Source: the human T2T-CHM13v2.0 reference genome, Homo sapiens
DNA: 64,000 bases
NCBI RefSeq assembly: GCF_009914755.1
Contig: NC_060928.1
Reading direction: 5' to 3' (one strand)
Shown here: positions 11,612 to 25,655 of the stretch, in pieces
How the letters are laid out: every line of letters starts with the position of its first letter
Position numbering within the stretch: position 1 is the stretch's first letter
Notes under the pieces: generated by a model
The model's input: the letters and a program-made list of their open reading frames with translations, nothing else
What the model was told of the DNA's origin: nothing
Database searches by the model: none
Made by a program: the position numbers and the translations under genes

Positions 11612-12715
11612 ATAGTACGTTAGGTGCCGGAATAAATACATGAAAAATAACTCATTGAATTAATATTGTAGTGGCAAGAGGCAGAAATGGACAAGACAAA
11701 AATAAAATATTTAAAATATTATATGATGAAACAAGATAAGGACAAAAGTCAAAAGATGGAGATAAAAGGGTTGGTTTACAAGTGATGGGCAGAGTAGCCA
11801 AGAACATCTTTAATTTGTGACAACTATTGTTATCTTCCTTTCATGTTTTCAGCTACCAAACGGTATCTTAAAATTCACATCCATTTCTATTCTATTTTAT
11901 AGGCTTACAATTGAATGCTGATTTTTACTAGCACCATATACATACACAAATGTCATAGGATTTGTCATCTAAGAACTTCCATTTCAAGGGCTACCCTCTA
12001 ATAACAGTGAAGGATTTGTAGGACACACATGATACACATTAGACAGACTCTTGATGTTGGGATGGTGTTCAGATTAAAGCTTTAGAAGCTCACAGACCCA
12101 AACAGACAAACCAAACCCTCTGAAAATAAAAAGCGGTTTAAAGCCTTCACAGAAAGTGTTTCAAACATAGAAAATCGAGTCATATAAATGTATCAGATAA
12201 AATGCACTTTCTAATTGAAAATCTTGAGCTTCCAAACAACTGCAAAAACGAAATAAAATGAAGTTTTACCTAGTAGTTCTTCAGAGCATAGCAATGATTT
12301 GGCTGAATATTTCTACAACATCAGCAATCAAACTGTATGAATCTACTTGTTGAATTATTGTAATAATAAAAATTGGTTTTGTAAGGCAAGTTTAGAAAAC
12401 AGGACTTGAAAGAGAAACAGAACACAGAAAGAACTATATGAAAATATTAATTAGAATAACCAATAAAACAATACTTCTTAGAAGTAGATTTTAAGATATA
12501 ATATAGCCATGATCAAAAGAGAGGAAAAACAGATGCCTTTTTCCTTTAAGCATTTTTTACTTTTATTTTTTGATAGGCAAGCAGAGTTGAAGACATTTAC
12601 TTTAAAAATTGATGAGACAAAGGTTCTTCAAAGTTCTCAACACCTTTATTTATTGGTTTAAAAGATTTAAGTGTTCATCTCTCTGTACAAATATTTACTG
12701 AATCTTTTCATATAC

Positions 12716-12782
12716 ATTAGGTTGAATCATATAAAATAGCTGATATGCAAAAATGGCTATTTTATATGGGCTTACCCCATAC
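12716..12782. mobile_element. MADE2 (mariner-derived MITE)
   Basis: attaggttgaatcatataaaatagc...ggctatttttatatgggcttacc is a degenerate palindrome matching MADE2. Confidence 0.7.
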
Positions 12783-13219
12783 TTTTATATCATGAACATT
12801 ATAGTTTTTTTTTAAAGAAGGTTGTGAAAAATAAATATAATGGGCAGTTGTTTGTCCATTCCAATGAATAGTCTTCCAAACTGCATAGGTTCCTTTAGAG
12901 TTCTGTGTACTGGACTACAAAGCTTCAAATACAGTATAGGGTAGCAAAAACAAATAGTCCAGGTAAGTGAAGTCAAGTAAACTTCCTTCCTGGCTTTTTA
13001 CTCATCCTTTTTGTATGTCTACACATCCTTTGCTATTCACTTCACATATATTGCCTATTGAAAAACTTCTTGGCTAATTAAAGAATCCTTCCTGGGTTAG
13101 ACACATCTGCACTTTCCTCTCTACCTTCCCCTTTTTGTTTTGAGAGAGGGGGGAAAGATCGTGTTCTGTTCGTTACAGCTTTCACCTTTATATCATACTT
13201 TTGAAAACAACTTAGATTT

Positions 13220-13585
<366 letters not shown>

Positions 13586-13632
13586 TTAATCATTTTGAAG
13601 AATTAAAAGGCTTATAAAAGAATCCAGAACTT

Positions 13633-14024
<392 letters not shown>

Positions 14025-15298
14025 TCACTATTCTATTCATGGATATTATTTACTTTATTGTTTCCCTTCTAATTCAGGCTACATAATAAACTCACTTTGA
14101 TTAGCATTCGTGGTCATAGTATATAAAATATACAAAAAAAATTTCAAATGTTTAGGGAAAAATTTGATCATATTATTTTTACAAAGAATGCATACAAATA
14201 TTATTCTAGGCCAAATATTATTCTAGGCACTTGGGTTGTATGTGTAAACAAAGCAGAAATTTCTTATGGGATTTCCATGCCCTCCCGGAATGTACATTTC
14301 AGCAGGTAATATTTTCAAATAGATTTTAGTAATCCAAATATTTAATGCCAGATGATATTTTCAAATATTGTACTAGAGACTTGCTTGATAACAATTTTTA
14401 AAATAGAGCAAAAGAGAAAAATCACCTTGCAAAAAGTCAGGCTTTACTAAAAATACCATGCAAGATATGATGGCAAGATATAGGAAAATCTACTAAATAT
14501 CAAAAATCATGTCAATGGGGCTTCAACACAATAAACTAGGTTTATGGAGCTACAAGTATAAAAAAGAAAAAGTATTCTTTAGTGTAGAACTGAACAGTAT
14601 TTTAGAGGCGTTTCCCAAAAGGCACAAAGAGTATTACAGATTTGGTAGAGACACGAAATAAGCAAGAATTAAATATTACATTTGAAAATCACTGGACAAT
14701 TCTAAGAATAACAATGAAGTAGCAAGGGAACGTTTAAAGTATAATTTATCAGGGATTAAAAACATTCAAAATGCTTATTTTATTATGTCACAATGATTAT
14801 AACTAGGCATTCAACTGAGAGGAGCAGAATTAGACTAATTTTTTTGAGAAAAGAAAGCTTTCCTTAAACTCAAGCTGTATCACTAATAATTACATAGCAT
14901 TTAACAAATAATAATTGTTAAAAACATATGTTAAATGCCGTAATATTGTGCCAACTTCATTTCTAAACATGGCTGATTAAATAAGAGGGAAATGACCACT
15001 TTTGTCAAATGTGTCCTTTGATAGTAATGTGACATAAAATTTGGGGGTTCACCTGAGAAACAGCCCTATCTCTCTACTGGAAGATCCCTTTCCTGGAAGA
15101 TCTCATCCTAAATGTCGGAAAATCTAACTGCTCTGAAGACCCATAGCACGGGGTAAAACCCATTGGTTAAAAACAAAATAGAAAGAGAGAAAGAAAGGGC
15201 ATACAGCATCCTTTAAGTAACTTTTCTGAGACTTGCCCTGCGCCCCCAAAAACTCCCTCTGCTTCAATACTACCAATACTATCCAAATATGTCTAACA

Positions 15299-15953
15299 CA
15301 GACATGCCTTTGATAAACCCTTCGTAAGTTGGAAATATCATAAGTTGAAAATGCATTTATTTTATTTTTATTTTTATATTTTTTTGAGATAGGATCTCAC
15401 TCTTTCACCCAGGCTGGAATGCAGTGGTATGATCTTGCTTCACTGCCGCCTCTGCCTCCCTTGCTCAATCGATCCTCCTGCCTCAGCCTCCTGAGTAGCT
15501 GTGACTACAGGTGTGCACCACTGCGCCTGGCTAATTTTTGTAGAGACTGGGTTTCACCATGCTGCACAGACTGGTCTCAAATCCCTAGGCTCAAGTGATC
15601 CTCCCGCCTTGGTCCCCCAAACTGCTGGGATTATAGGCGTGAGCCACCACATCCGGCTGAAAATGCATTTAATACATCTAACCTATTAAACATCATAGCT
15701 TAGCCTACCCTGCTTCAAAGGTGCTCACAACACTTACATTAGCCTATAGTTGGACAAAATCATCCAACACAAAGTCTATTTTATAATAAAGTGTTGAATA
15801 TCTCATGTAATTTATTGAATACCATACTGAAAATGAAATACAGAATGGATGTGTGGGTATCCATAGTATAGTTTCCACTAAATGTGCATCCCTTTTGCCT
15901 ATTGTAAAGTTGAAAAATCGTAAGTTGGACAATTTTTAAGTTGAGACCATCTG
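15299..15953 (+). mobile_element. MER47A (TcMar-Tigger), split by an Alu
   Basis: gataaacccttcgtaagttg...catcatagcttagcctac...taagttgagaccatctg followed by TA. Confidence 0.88.
15357..15657 (-). mobile_element. AluJ
   Basis: Full Alu with TSD tgaaaatgcattta. Confidence 0.92.
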
Positions 15954-16459
15954 TACTTGACCAGCAGTATTGCAAACCATGAAGCACATGTTTTCATGTT
16001 CTACTGTTTTCACATTAAAAAGAACTGCAGGGATGGTGGTATTTATCTCCTACAATTCCAGCTTGTACCAAACAATTGTCTTATTTTATTTGCAAGGTAT
16101 TAGTCTGCCCTTTTTTTCAACTCAGAGCATTTTGTATTTAGAGTAAATATTATAGAGTCTATAACTTTTGATCCTTGAGGAAATTAAAAAAAAAATCTTT
16201 CCGTTCATTGCCTCTTCAATATCTTTTAAATCTTCAAACATCACTCACAGTGCTTGCAGTTCATATTCTGAATAGGTTTTTTTTTAAAAAAAAAAAAAAA
16301 AAAAGGCAAAACTTAGAGCCTGCCATGTTTATTTGGTATTTTTTCAATTACATATTTTAAAATAAAATTTAAATTTCAAATGTGGAATGATTGGAACTTA
16401 TTGTGAAATGGAATTTTATTTACCTCTGAAACCATTTCTTTCCTTTCTAAAAAAAGTTT

Positions 16460-16823
<364 letters not shown>

Positions 16824-18008
16824 TAATTCAACTCTATCTTTTAAAAAGTTCCCTTGGAAATTAACGAAAAGGAAAGTCATAGCTTCTAATTTATCTGTTA
16901 GTCAATTGCAGTGTATTTTCTAGTGAACACATATTTCAATCTCAGATCATGATGAACAGGCAGAGAATTATGAATGAATTAATGAAAAGAATGCTCTAAA
17001 GAAAAAGTTGTACTTATTGAACATTGAATTTTATATGAAAACTTCAGCCAGGATGGTACCTAGATTGCTTTTAACATATTAGAGGACATTTGGCTCTGTT
17101 AGAAGTGATGTACCCTCTGGTGGTGTTAGAACTATGTCCAATAATGACTTGTTTGTTATGGTTCAAAAGAAACAGTAGAGTGCTTTTGATTGTGCTTTCA
17201 TAAATTTATTTTGGGTTTACTGTTAGTAGCACTGCCTTATATTTTATTTAGATCATCACAGACCTTACATATCTCAAATTAAATTATTTTACTTATAAAT
17301 ATCACACATGCCTTTTTACTCTGTAAGGTGTTACTAAAACTGCAAACTAGTCACTTAGGAGGGGTAGGATGACTTCAGTTAATTCTATTGAGATCCACGC
17401 TTTCTAAATTCCTTTTACGTTTTTTCCTCAAATTTTGTTGGTTTATGTTTACAAAGAATTCCTTTAGATTTTCATTTCTAAAACTAATAAAGCTAATTAA
17501 CAAACACTAGAAATACTTGGGTGACTGATGGAGTTTAATTATACCAAGAGAGCAAAAAAAAAAACCACCTGAAGCAACAGTAGCTGATAGCTGGTGAAGA
17601 ACAGTGCTAGTTGGAGCAGGCAGAGTCTGGGACTTGCTGATTCAGCCATGTGGGAAACAGCAGGCATGCTAAGCAGGGAGAAGGAGCACAGCTGCAAAGA
17701 GCAATGGTGCTGAGAACGGATGATTTCAGAGTCTGTGCTGTGTGGAGGAAAAGTTGCTGGCTGTCCAGGAAGCCCTTGTTCCCACATGGCAGCAATTCCA
17801 ATCTTCAGGATTATTTCTTGATTAAAATATAAAGCAGTGAAAAGGTAAAAGACATGCACATTTATTTTTATTTACTGTTTAGTCAGTAATAGCTTTTTAT
17901 CCTGGAGAAAATAAATGCTGATTTTTTTCCTTTGTTTTTAAAGAAACTGGGAAAACAGCACCTTGTACATTGATCACTTTTAGATCCGTATTTTGTGATA
18001 TACATTAA

Positions 18009-18425
<417 letters not shown>

Positions 18426-18461
18426 TAATCTCTAGCATTTAACAAAATAGAACAATACTGG

Positions 18462-18839
18462 TGTATTAGTTCATTCTCATGCTGCTATAAAGAACTGCCT
18501 GAGACTGGATAATTTATAAAGAAAAAGGTTTAATTGACTCACAGTTCATCAGGGCTGGGGAGGCCTTGAGAAACTTACAATCATGGCGGAAGAGGAAGCA
18601 AACATGTACTTCACATGGCAGCAGGAAGGAGAAAAATGAGAGTTGAGCAAAGGGGGAAGCCCCTTATAAAACCATCAGATCTCAGGAAAACTTACTCATT
18701 ATCACAAGAAGAATATGGAGAAACTGCCCTCATGATTCAGTTACCTCGCATGAGGTCCCTCTCCCAACATGTGGGGATTACAATTCAGATTACAATTCAA
18801 GAAGAGATTTGGGTGGGGGCACAGAGCCAGATCATATCA
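18462..18839 (-). mobile_element. THE1C/D solo LTR
   Basis: tgtattag...catatca termini with a perfect 5-bp TSD actgg. Confidence 0.92.
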
Positions 18840-19269
18840 ACTGGCAAAGTATGGCCTCCAAAATAAAATTCCTAAACTTTAACCACATCCCATTTTTTCC
18901 ATTTTCTTATATTTCATATTCTTATTTAAACATCAACTCAAATGGTTCTTCCTCCTTGTAGTCCTCTCTAAATTCCCAAGTCAGCATTATTGCTATCCCC
19001 AAAATGTTCCTGAAGCTTAGTTTGCATTTCTATTATAATATTGATTTAATTCTGTCTTTATTATATTATGAAAAAATCGACCTTTACAAAAGTAACAAAT
19101 TACTGGTCTTTGATAATACCTAAGGTCATTTTCACGCTTGTCTAACTCAAGGATGTTTTCTCAGGATCTGATTTTATTTATCACCTTTGCTGTATATCTG
19201 TATTCAACAAAGGCGTGTTCATAATAAATTGCTTTAGCAACCATTATGTGGCAGTAAAATAAAGGACCG

Positions 19270-20427
19270 ATGTCTTTAAAGCTATAATTATTTATGTATA
19301 AACAATTTAAAGGTTAAACTCTCCTCAAACAAACAAAAAACCAGGTGACATCCCAGGGTGTGAGGGGCTGAGTCTTTCCTAGGTGCTGGGCAGCACCAGG
19401 CACTGGCTGCACAAGGCCAGAGAGGTTACGTGGCGGCTCTCTAGAAACCCGACCGCACAGAGCGCCACATTCCCTGTAGAGCATTCACTTCTTCCAAGTC
19501 CAGTTTGATATGTGGAACCTCATCACCTGGCTCCTTTTTCAAGGTCCCCCTGGGGAGGAAACCACGATAGGCAGAGGGTCACATTCCTCCCAGAATTCCA
19601 CAACTTGGAGGCCCTTCTTACCTGCCAGCTGTTGACGGGTTTCTGACTGAGAGCCCATGGAAGAGGCCCCAGGTGAGGGGGAGCATACTGATGGACCCAG
19701 AGACCTTGGCATACATGTCTTTGATGCCAGCGAGCTGGCATATGGTGTTGATGCCCCTGTGGCAGCAGACCTTGTAACCTCTGGGTTGTTTCTTCATCTT
19801 GATATGCCTCCTTTTAAATCTTAACGAAATATCACGGAATATTGTATGGTCTTCATATCGTTCTATATAATGCAAATAGTGAATTGCTCTATTCTTTGCT
19901 TTTCTGAAAGCATCTATCTATTTATTTAGTGGCTTTCACAACAGCAAAACTTGAAGCTCGTTGTCCATTCCCCACAGCCTGCAGGACACCTACCAATCTC
20001 TTTCTTCCCTCTTTTGCTGTCCTATTGAAAACTTTCCTACCTCAAGTATCCTGGTATCAAAATTACCATATGTTTCTCTGTTGGGACCAGGGTCAGAGGG
20101 CTAAGACTGATGCCTCCCCACAAGTTTCCACTGCATCCTCGCTCTCATTTATCTTCATCCTCCTCTTCCGGTCCCATTATTCTCTCTGCTGGGTCATGTT
20201 GTCCTCCTCCTTCTGTTCTTCCTTGCTTTTTTGGGCAATGATCTGTACTGCTCCATTTTTAATAAGAGAGACATTCAGACCAGGCCACAGAAACCATAAT
20301 GCCCTTCACCAATGATCTGACCCCTGTTCAAATCCTTTCTTCTCTTCTTTTTAGTTCTGCTGCCTCTTCCTTTTCTTGCTCCAGCACCAGTCTCTGCTAA
20401 AACACCTTTCCACAGCTCATCTGCGGT
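19270..20427 (-). pseudogene. MRPS5: Processed, 5'-truncated pseudogene of mitochondrial ribosomal protein S5 (uS5m)
   Basis: The minus strand translates to [22 protein letters not shown]...[11 protein letters not shown]...[21 protein letters not shown]...[12 protein letters not shown]...RAAT* (stop at 19426-19428), matching MRPS5 as I recall it. It is intronless, has frameshifts and a premature TAA at 20177-20179, and is followed by 3'UTR-like sequence. Confidence 0.93.
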
Positions 20428-20969
20428 GGAATTTCCTAGACAGTCACCTAAAAGTGCAGCAACTATAAAATCAATATCAAATTCCTGAGGAACTGAATTG
20501 AAAACTCAAATAAAACTGGTCAGCAAACAATGATCTGGTCTGTTACAAGCAAAAGAAAAAAAGATGGAAGACTGTGATAAAAGACAGTGCTTCCAAATCT
20601 TCTCATCAGTGTATAATGTTAGTAAAACCATGAAAGCTGCTTGTTCATGTTAGAAGTAAGTCTCTAATCCTTGGAGGCAGCACTCACCCAGAAAAAGAGT
20701 TTTAAAAAGACAGCGAGAGAAGAAGAGGAAAGAAAAACTTTTGATATTGTTCCAATTGGTGCAGATATTGACTAAAAGGAAGGTTCTTATTTGTTTTGAA
20801 AATACATTTTTAACGCATATCACCATGAATATTATAGAGAATTGTTTTATATTTTGGCAACAATGGTGTCATCTGGAAATGATGGCACTCCATAGTCAAG
20901 TAGTCTGTATGTGATTACAACTAAGCGATTTGCAGAAGTACCATCGCGACAGCTATCACATCCCTATGC

Positions 20970-21385
20970 ATCTTATTATTCTTTCTTCAAATGTTTATTG
21001 GTTCCCTTGTATCTAAAAACTGAGGGCACAGGGTGTAAACAGACAGATAAATACACATGCTCCTAGAAGAAGTTGCAGATGTAATCGATTTTGCTTCTAG
21101 GGATAGAGGAAAGGCTTGGAAAAGTAGGAGCAGCCTAATCTAGTTTCAGGAATGGTTACGGTTTGATGAGTAGGTGGAGATGGGTGGGAAATGAGAGATT
21201 TTCCAGACAGAATAATGAGTGCAAAGGCCTGAGGAATGTAAACATCGGTAAGGTCAGACCTACTGAATTTGCTGAAGATCAATGGTGGGAATTGCAGCTC
21301 AGATAAGTATGAAGATGTAGGCTGGAGCCAAATGTGGAGGGCCTTGTATTTGAAGCTAAGCAATGAGACTTTATCCCGCTGGCAG
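20970..21385 (-). mobile_element. L2 fragment
   Basis: ttcaaatgtttattg 3' end, tgcaaaggcctgagg, and gagggccttgta...gactttatcc. Confidence 0.7.
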
Positions 21386-21394
21386 GTGCGTCTC

Positions 21395-21740
<346 letters not shown>

Positions 21741-22269
21741 TTGTGGGATGTTGAGGCATTCTAACCAGAAGCACAACACTCTGCAAGATCATTTGGGGTG
21801 AGGAAAAGAAGGAAATTGGAAACACTTGTTCTGATCTGAAAGTAGATTTTTGTAAAACGCATGGTCTGGGATGAAGGAGACATGGATTCCTGCTTTGCCT
21901 CCTTCACTGATGAGTTCTGTTTCTTAAGAGCAGTTGTCAAACTTATTTGTCTCTCATTTGCACCTTCTTTCTAAGTAGATAAGCATTAAGGGTAAAGATG
22001 CTTTAAATATATTTATGCTACTCAAATGGAAGCTTTATAAACAATGCAAATGTTACAGGCTGATCAGATCAAGGATGTGACACAAATTAGAAAATATAAA
22101 GTATTAGTGGATGCCATGATTTGTGAGACAGCCGCTGGAGTATCCCTCATAGTAGAACTTGATGTTTGGAATTTGAATATAGGTTCTCAGACCAAAAGAA
22201 GAAAGATATGGTTAGAACTTACCCTTGGTGTTCTCTCAATGGCTTACTTACCATTACAAATGAAAAGAG

Positions 22270-22505
22270 TTAACATGTACATAAGAGCTCTTTGCCAGGA
22301 ACTGTTAAAGCATTTTACATAAATTATCTCATTTAATTATCCCATAGCCCCGTACATATAAATATATCTTAATTTTTTAGTTGAAAGTACTGGCACCAGA
22401 GATGTCAGACAACTATCCCAAGGAAGCATTAGTAGTTAGAAACTAGAGCTAGGATTCAAACTGTTGTTGTCTGACTCTAAAATCAGCACTTTTAACAGCA
22501 CCTCG
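22270..22505 (-). mobile_element. MIR
   Basis: tgccaggaactgttaaagcattttacat...ctcatttaat...gagctaggattcaaac...gtctgactc. Confidence 0.8.
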
Positions 22506-22819
22506 CTAAACTAGATGAGTCTCCCTTAATTTGGACACACACAAAAAATAGATTTGTCGTGGATCACAAGCAGTCACTTAGATTTTGGTCTAATGTGTAA
22601 TTCTCAGTTTCAATGATCTCTGCAAACGTCATATTAGTAGTTCGTGAGTTACGTAAATTGAAAATATCATCTATCTCTTGTACAAAAATAAAAGCTTTGT
22701 CAAATTTATATTCACACATGTTGAAACAATGCATTCAGAGAACAATGCATTCATTTTATGTGGGAATTTAAATAGGTCCATGTGGGATAAAGATCTGACC
22801 GGTGTTCTCATGCAAAAAT

Positions 22820-22923
22820 TACTAGAGTAACTGGACTAAAGTCAAGAAACCTGATTTCTCACACCAGCTCTGCTACTAAACACCTGTTGTTCAGAGGTAG
22901 CAAATTATCTCTTCTTTTTCTTT

Positions 22924-22956
<33 letters not shown>

Positions 22957-23025
22957 CCCTTATAATATCACAGGACTAGACTAGGTAGCCTCCAATATCC
23001 TTTTCAGTTCTAAAATTTTATGCTT
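22820..23025 (+). mobile_element. MIR3/MIRc fragment with an internal poly-T
   Basis: ctggactaaagtcaagaaacctg...cagctctgctactaa...ggactagactag...ttcagttctaaaatttta. Confidence 0.6.
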
Positions 23026-25184
23026 CGATAATTGTGAATAAATGTGTTGCCCATCCCTTGAGTTAAACATGAATGATGAATCATCTCAAGTCTGAAAAAT
23101 ATGGCTTTAATCTTATGTGACACCTCAGGCTCACGGTATCTCAGGAAAGCCCTACCAATCACATTTGGCTGCTATGCTTATGTAGTTTATGACCAGAATT
23201 GGTTTGCTTTAGATAACACACTCTTGTGCTGTACCACTGTTGCTAAGATACAGTTTTGTAAATAAATGTTATTTTAAATATACATCCTGGTGTGGGGAGA
23301 AAGAAATGTGGAAAGCAGTTGGCCAAAGATGTGAGCTATCTTTTGAGAGGACTGAGACAATGCTTTAGATAAACCTTTACAGGATCCACTTTTCAGCTCA
23401 TCCTAAAATTATTTTGCTTTACCCTGAAACTGGGTGAAGGGAGGTTAAGGGTTTGGGGGAAAGAGTGATCAAGTCTAAGGTTACTGACAAGGATGAGTTG
23501 TTTTGTAACCCTAGTGATCTGTCCGGTTTGAAATGACACTGATACTGTTGCTGCAGGGCTCTGTGAGGACACTTGTTTTTTTTCCTCAATATTTCTGTCT
23601 CAGCCTGTCCATTAAAAATAAATAAATGAGAGAAACAGAAAGAAAGAGAGCGAATTTGATTGTTACCACTTACAATAGATTTTAAAATTCCCCATATTAG
23701 GAACCAGTATTGAAGGCTGAAGGGATTCCAACTGGGCGCCCCTGCTCCAGGGAGCAGTTGGCATGCAGGCTGCCTAATAAAGACAGCAAAGTAAGTTGTT
23801 CCCCATGTGCTGAGCTCTAAGGGAGGCAGAACAGCCTGTCACTCCCTGATAACTCCTCCACCACTCCCTGAAAACCCACCATTAGACACCCACATTTGAA
23901 AGCCCCAATGACTCCTTGCTCAGGAGCCGCTGCTGAAATGTGAGCACCTCCAGAGGAAAGAGGAAGGCATAACTACGCTCCAGCTGACGCTTCACAGGGG
24001 ATTTTCTGGGCAACTAGCTGTCAATAGGAGAGAAGGGTGGTGAGAGAAGAGAGGTCTGGAGGGTACCTTTCTTGCCAGGCAAGGGAGAAAAGGAGCTGGA
24101 AGTGTACCGTGGGGTTCCAAAGTAATATTTTGTCTGCCTCAACCATTTTGTCAAGGCCAGCTAACTGGCCTAATTCGTATTTGGTTTTGCGAATGAAGCC
24201 TGATCCATTAGCCTGTTTCATGTTGCTTTTATGACTCTAGACAAGATTCTTGTTAGCCACATTCAATGAATGTACCTCTTTGCTTCATTCCCCAAAACCG
24301 AGCCGACTTGTCCTATCTCTTAGCCTATGTATACCCAGGAAATATAACTTAATTTTATGCTTATTAATTATAAGTCCTTAAGCATCTGATAAGCTTCTGT
24401 GAGGACATTTAAAGTGTTGCCCTTACTGCAAAGGCCTTGATATGTCTTTGTAACCCTGACTAATACAGAAGGACCACATTGAGAAAATATTCATCATCCG
24501 CTCACTCAATGACAGCAACTAACCCTTCAGGAACTCTTCCATAAACAGCTCTCTTCCTTGCACTCCTGGGGTCACTGCCTTCTATTCCATGTCCAACTTC
24601 TTCACCAGACTTCTGGTGTCTGAGTCACAGGCTGGACTTCAATGTTTTAGTGTCACCTCCCCACCTTCCCCATCCCAGACATTCCCTGGTTTGGTCCCAG
24701 TACGTCCCTTTTCTTCTTTCCCTTTCCACTGATTCAGGATCACTTTGTTTTCCTGTTTATCTCCCTTCTCCACGTTAGTAAAAGAGAACAGTAAAGAAAT
24801 TACCCTGCTGGCAGATAAAAATTTAACTTGGAAATTACTGACATCTGGACTGCCTGGTTACTATAAGGACACACAAACCTTATACTTTGCCTGTATGTGT
24901 CCCGGGGAAAATGCTGAAAGAGGGTATTGGGTATAGGATTCAGATTGTTTTAGAGAAATGGAACAAAAAACAAAACAAATGACCAGACTATAAGGAATAG
25001 AAAGCTTGCCAAAAAGGGACACTAAAAAAACAGGTGAACATAATAATGACAACAAACTCAGGAGTTCAAGGTGAACTGTCTTCAAATAGTCCTATAATTC
25101 TAAAGATTAGAGTACATTATGTCTAGCCATTTCTTAGAATTTTCAATAATCCATATTTTATGGCTATGCAAATTTTAAAGACAA

Positions 25185-25390
25185 TGGTTTGGTGCCAGTC
25201 AAATCTATGGTGGAGATGTTGCTCCACAATTTACTAGTTTTGTGATTTGGGGCTTTTGAGCTCTCTGAACCTTATTTTCCTTATTAAGAAAATCAAAATC
25301 AACTTCAAATAGTTGTTACGAAGAATGAAAGAAATGAGAATGCAAAGATTAGCACATGCTTGGCACCTAATGAGTAGGAAATAAAGGATC
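25185..25390 (+). mobile_element. MIR
   Basis: tttactagttttgtgatttgggg...ctctctgaaccttattttcc...ttggcacctaatgag. Confidence 0.65.
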
Positions 25391-25414
25391 GCTGTTTTAT
25401 GTGCAATGTAATTA

Positions 25415-25655
25415 AATGCATATTGAGCCCTTTAAGTGCCAGGCACCATCCTAGTCATTACATATGTATTGCCTCATTTAATATTCATATTACCTTATGA
25501 GGTAGAGACAATCATTTGTACATTCTTTTTCAGATGAGATGGTTGAGAAATATAAAGTTAAGTCATTCACCCAAGGTTACACACATGGTAAGTGGGAGAA
25601 CTGGGATTTAAGCCCAGGCAATGGGCTCAAGAACCCACACTCTTAACTACTATTC
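25415..25655 (-). mobile_element. MIR
   Basis: gtgccaggcacc...ctcatttaat...cccaaggttacac...ctgggatttaagcccaggca...tcttaactact. Confidence 0.85.

Noticed and set aside
14196-14230. 17-bp tandem duplication aaatattattctaggc
   Set aside because: This is an ordinary slippage duplication with no further signal.
19618-19875. 85-aa MRPS5-like ORF as a functional gene
   Set aside because: It is an internal pseudogene fragment with no true ATG start, and it frameshifts out of the MRPS5 frame at its end.
23733-23750. Possible CTCF site (gggcgcccctgctcc)
   Set aside because: It is one C short and lacks the terminal GG of the GCGCCCCCTGSTGG core.
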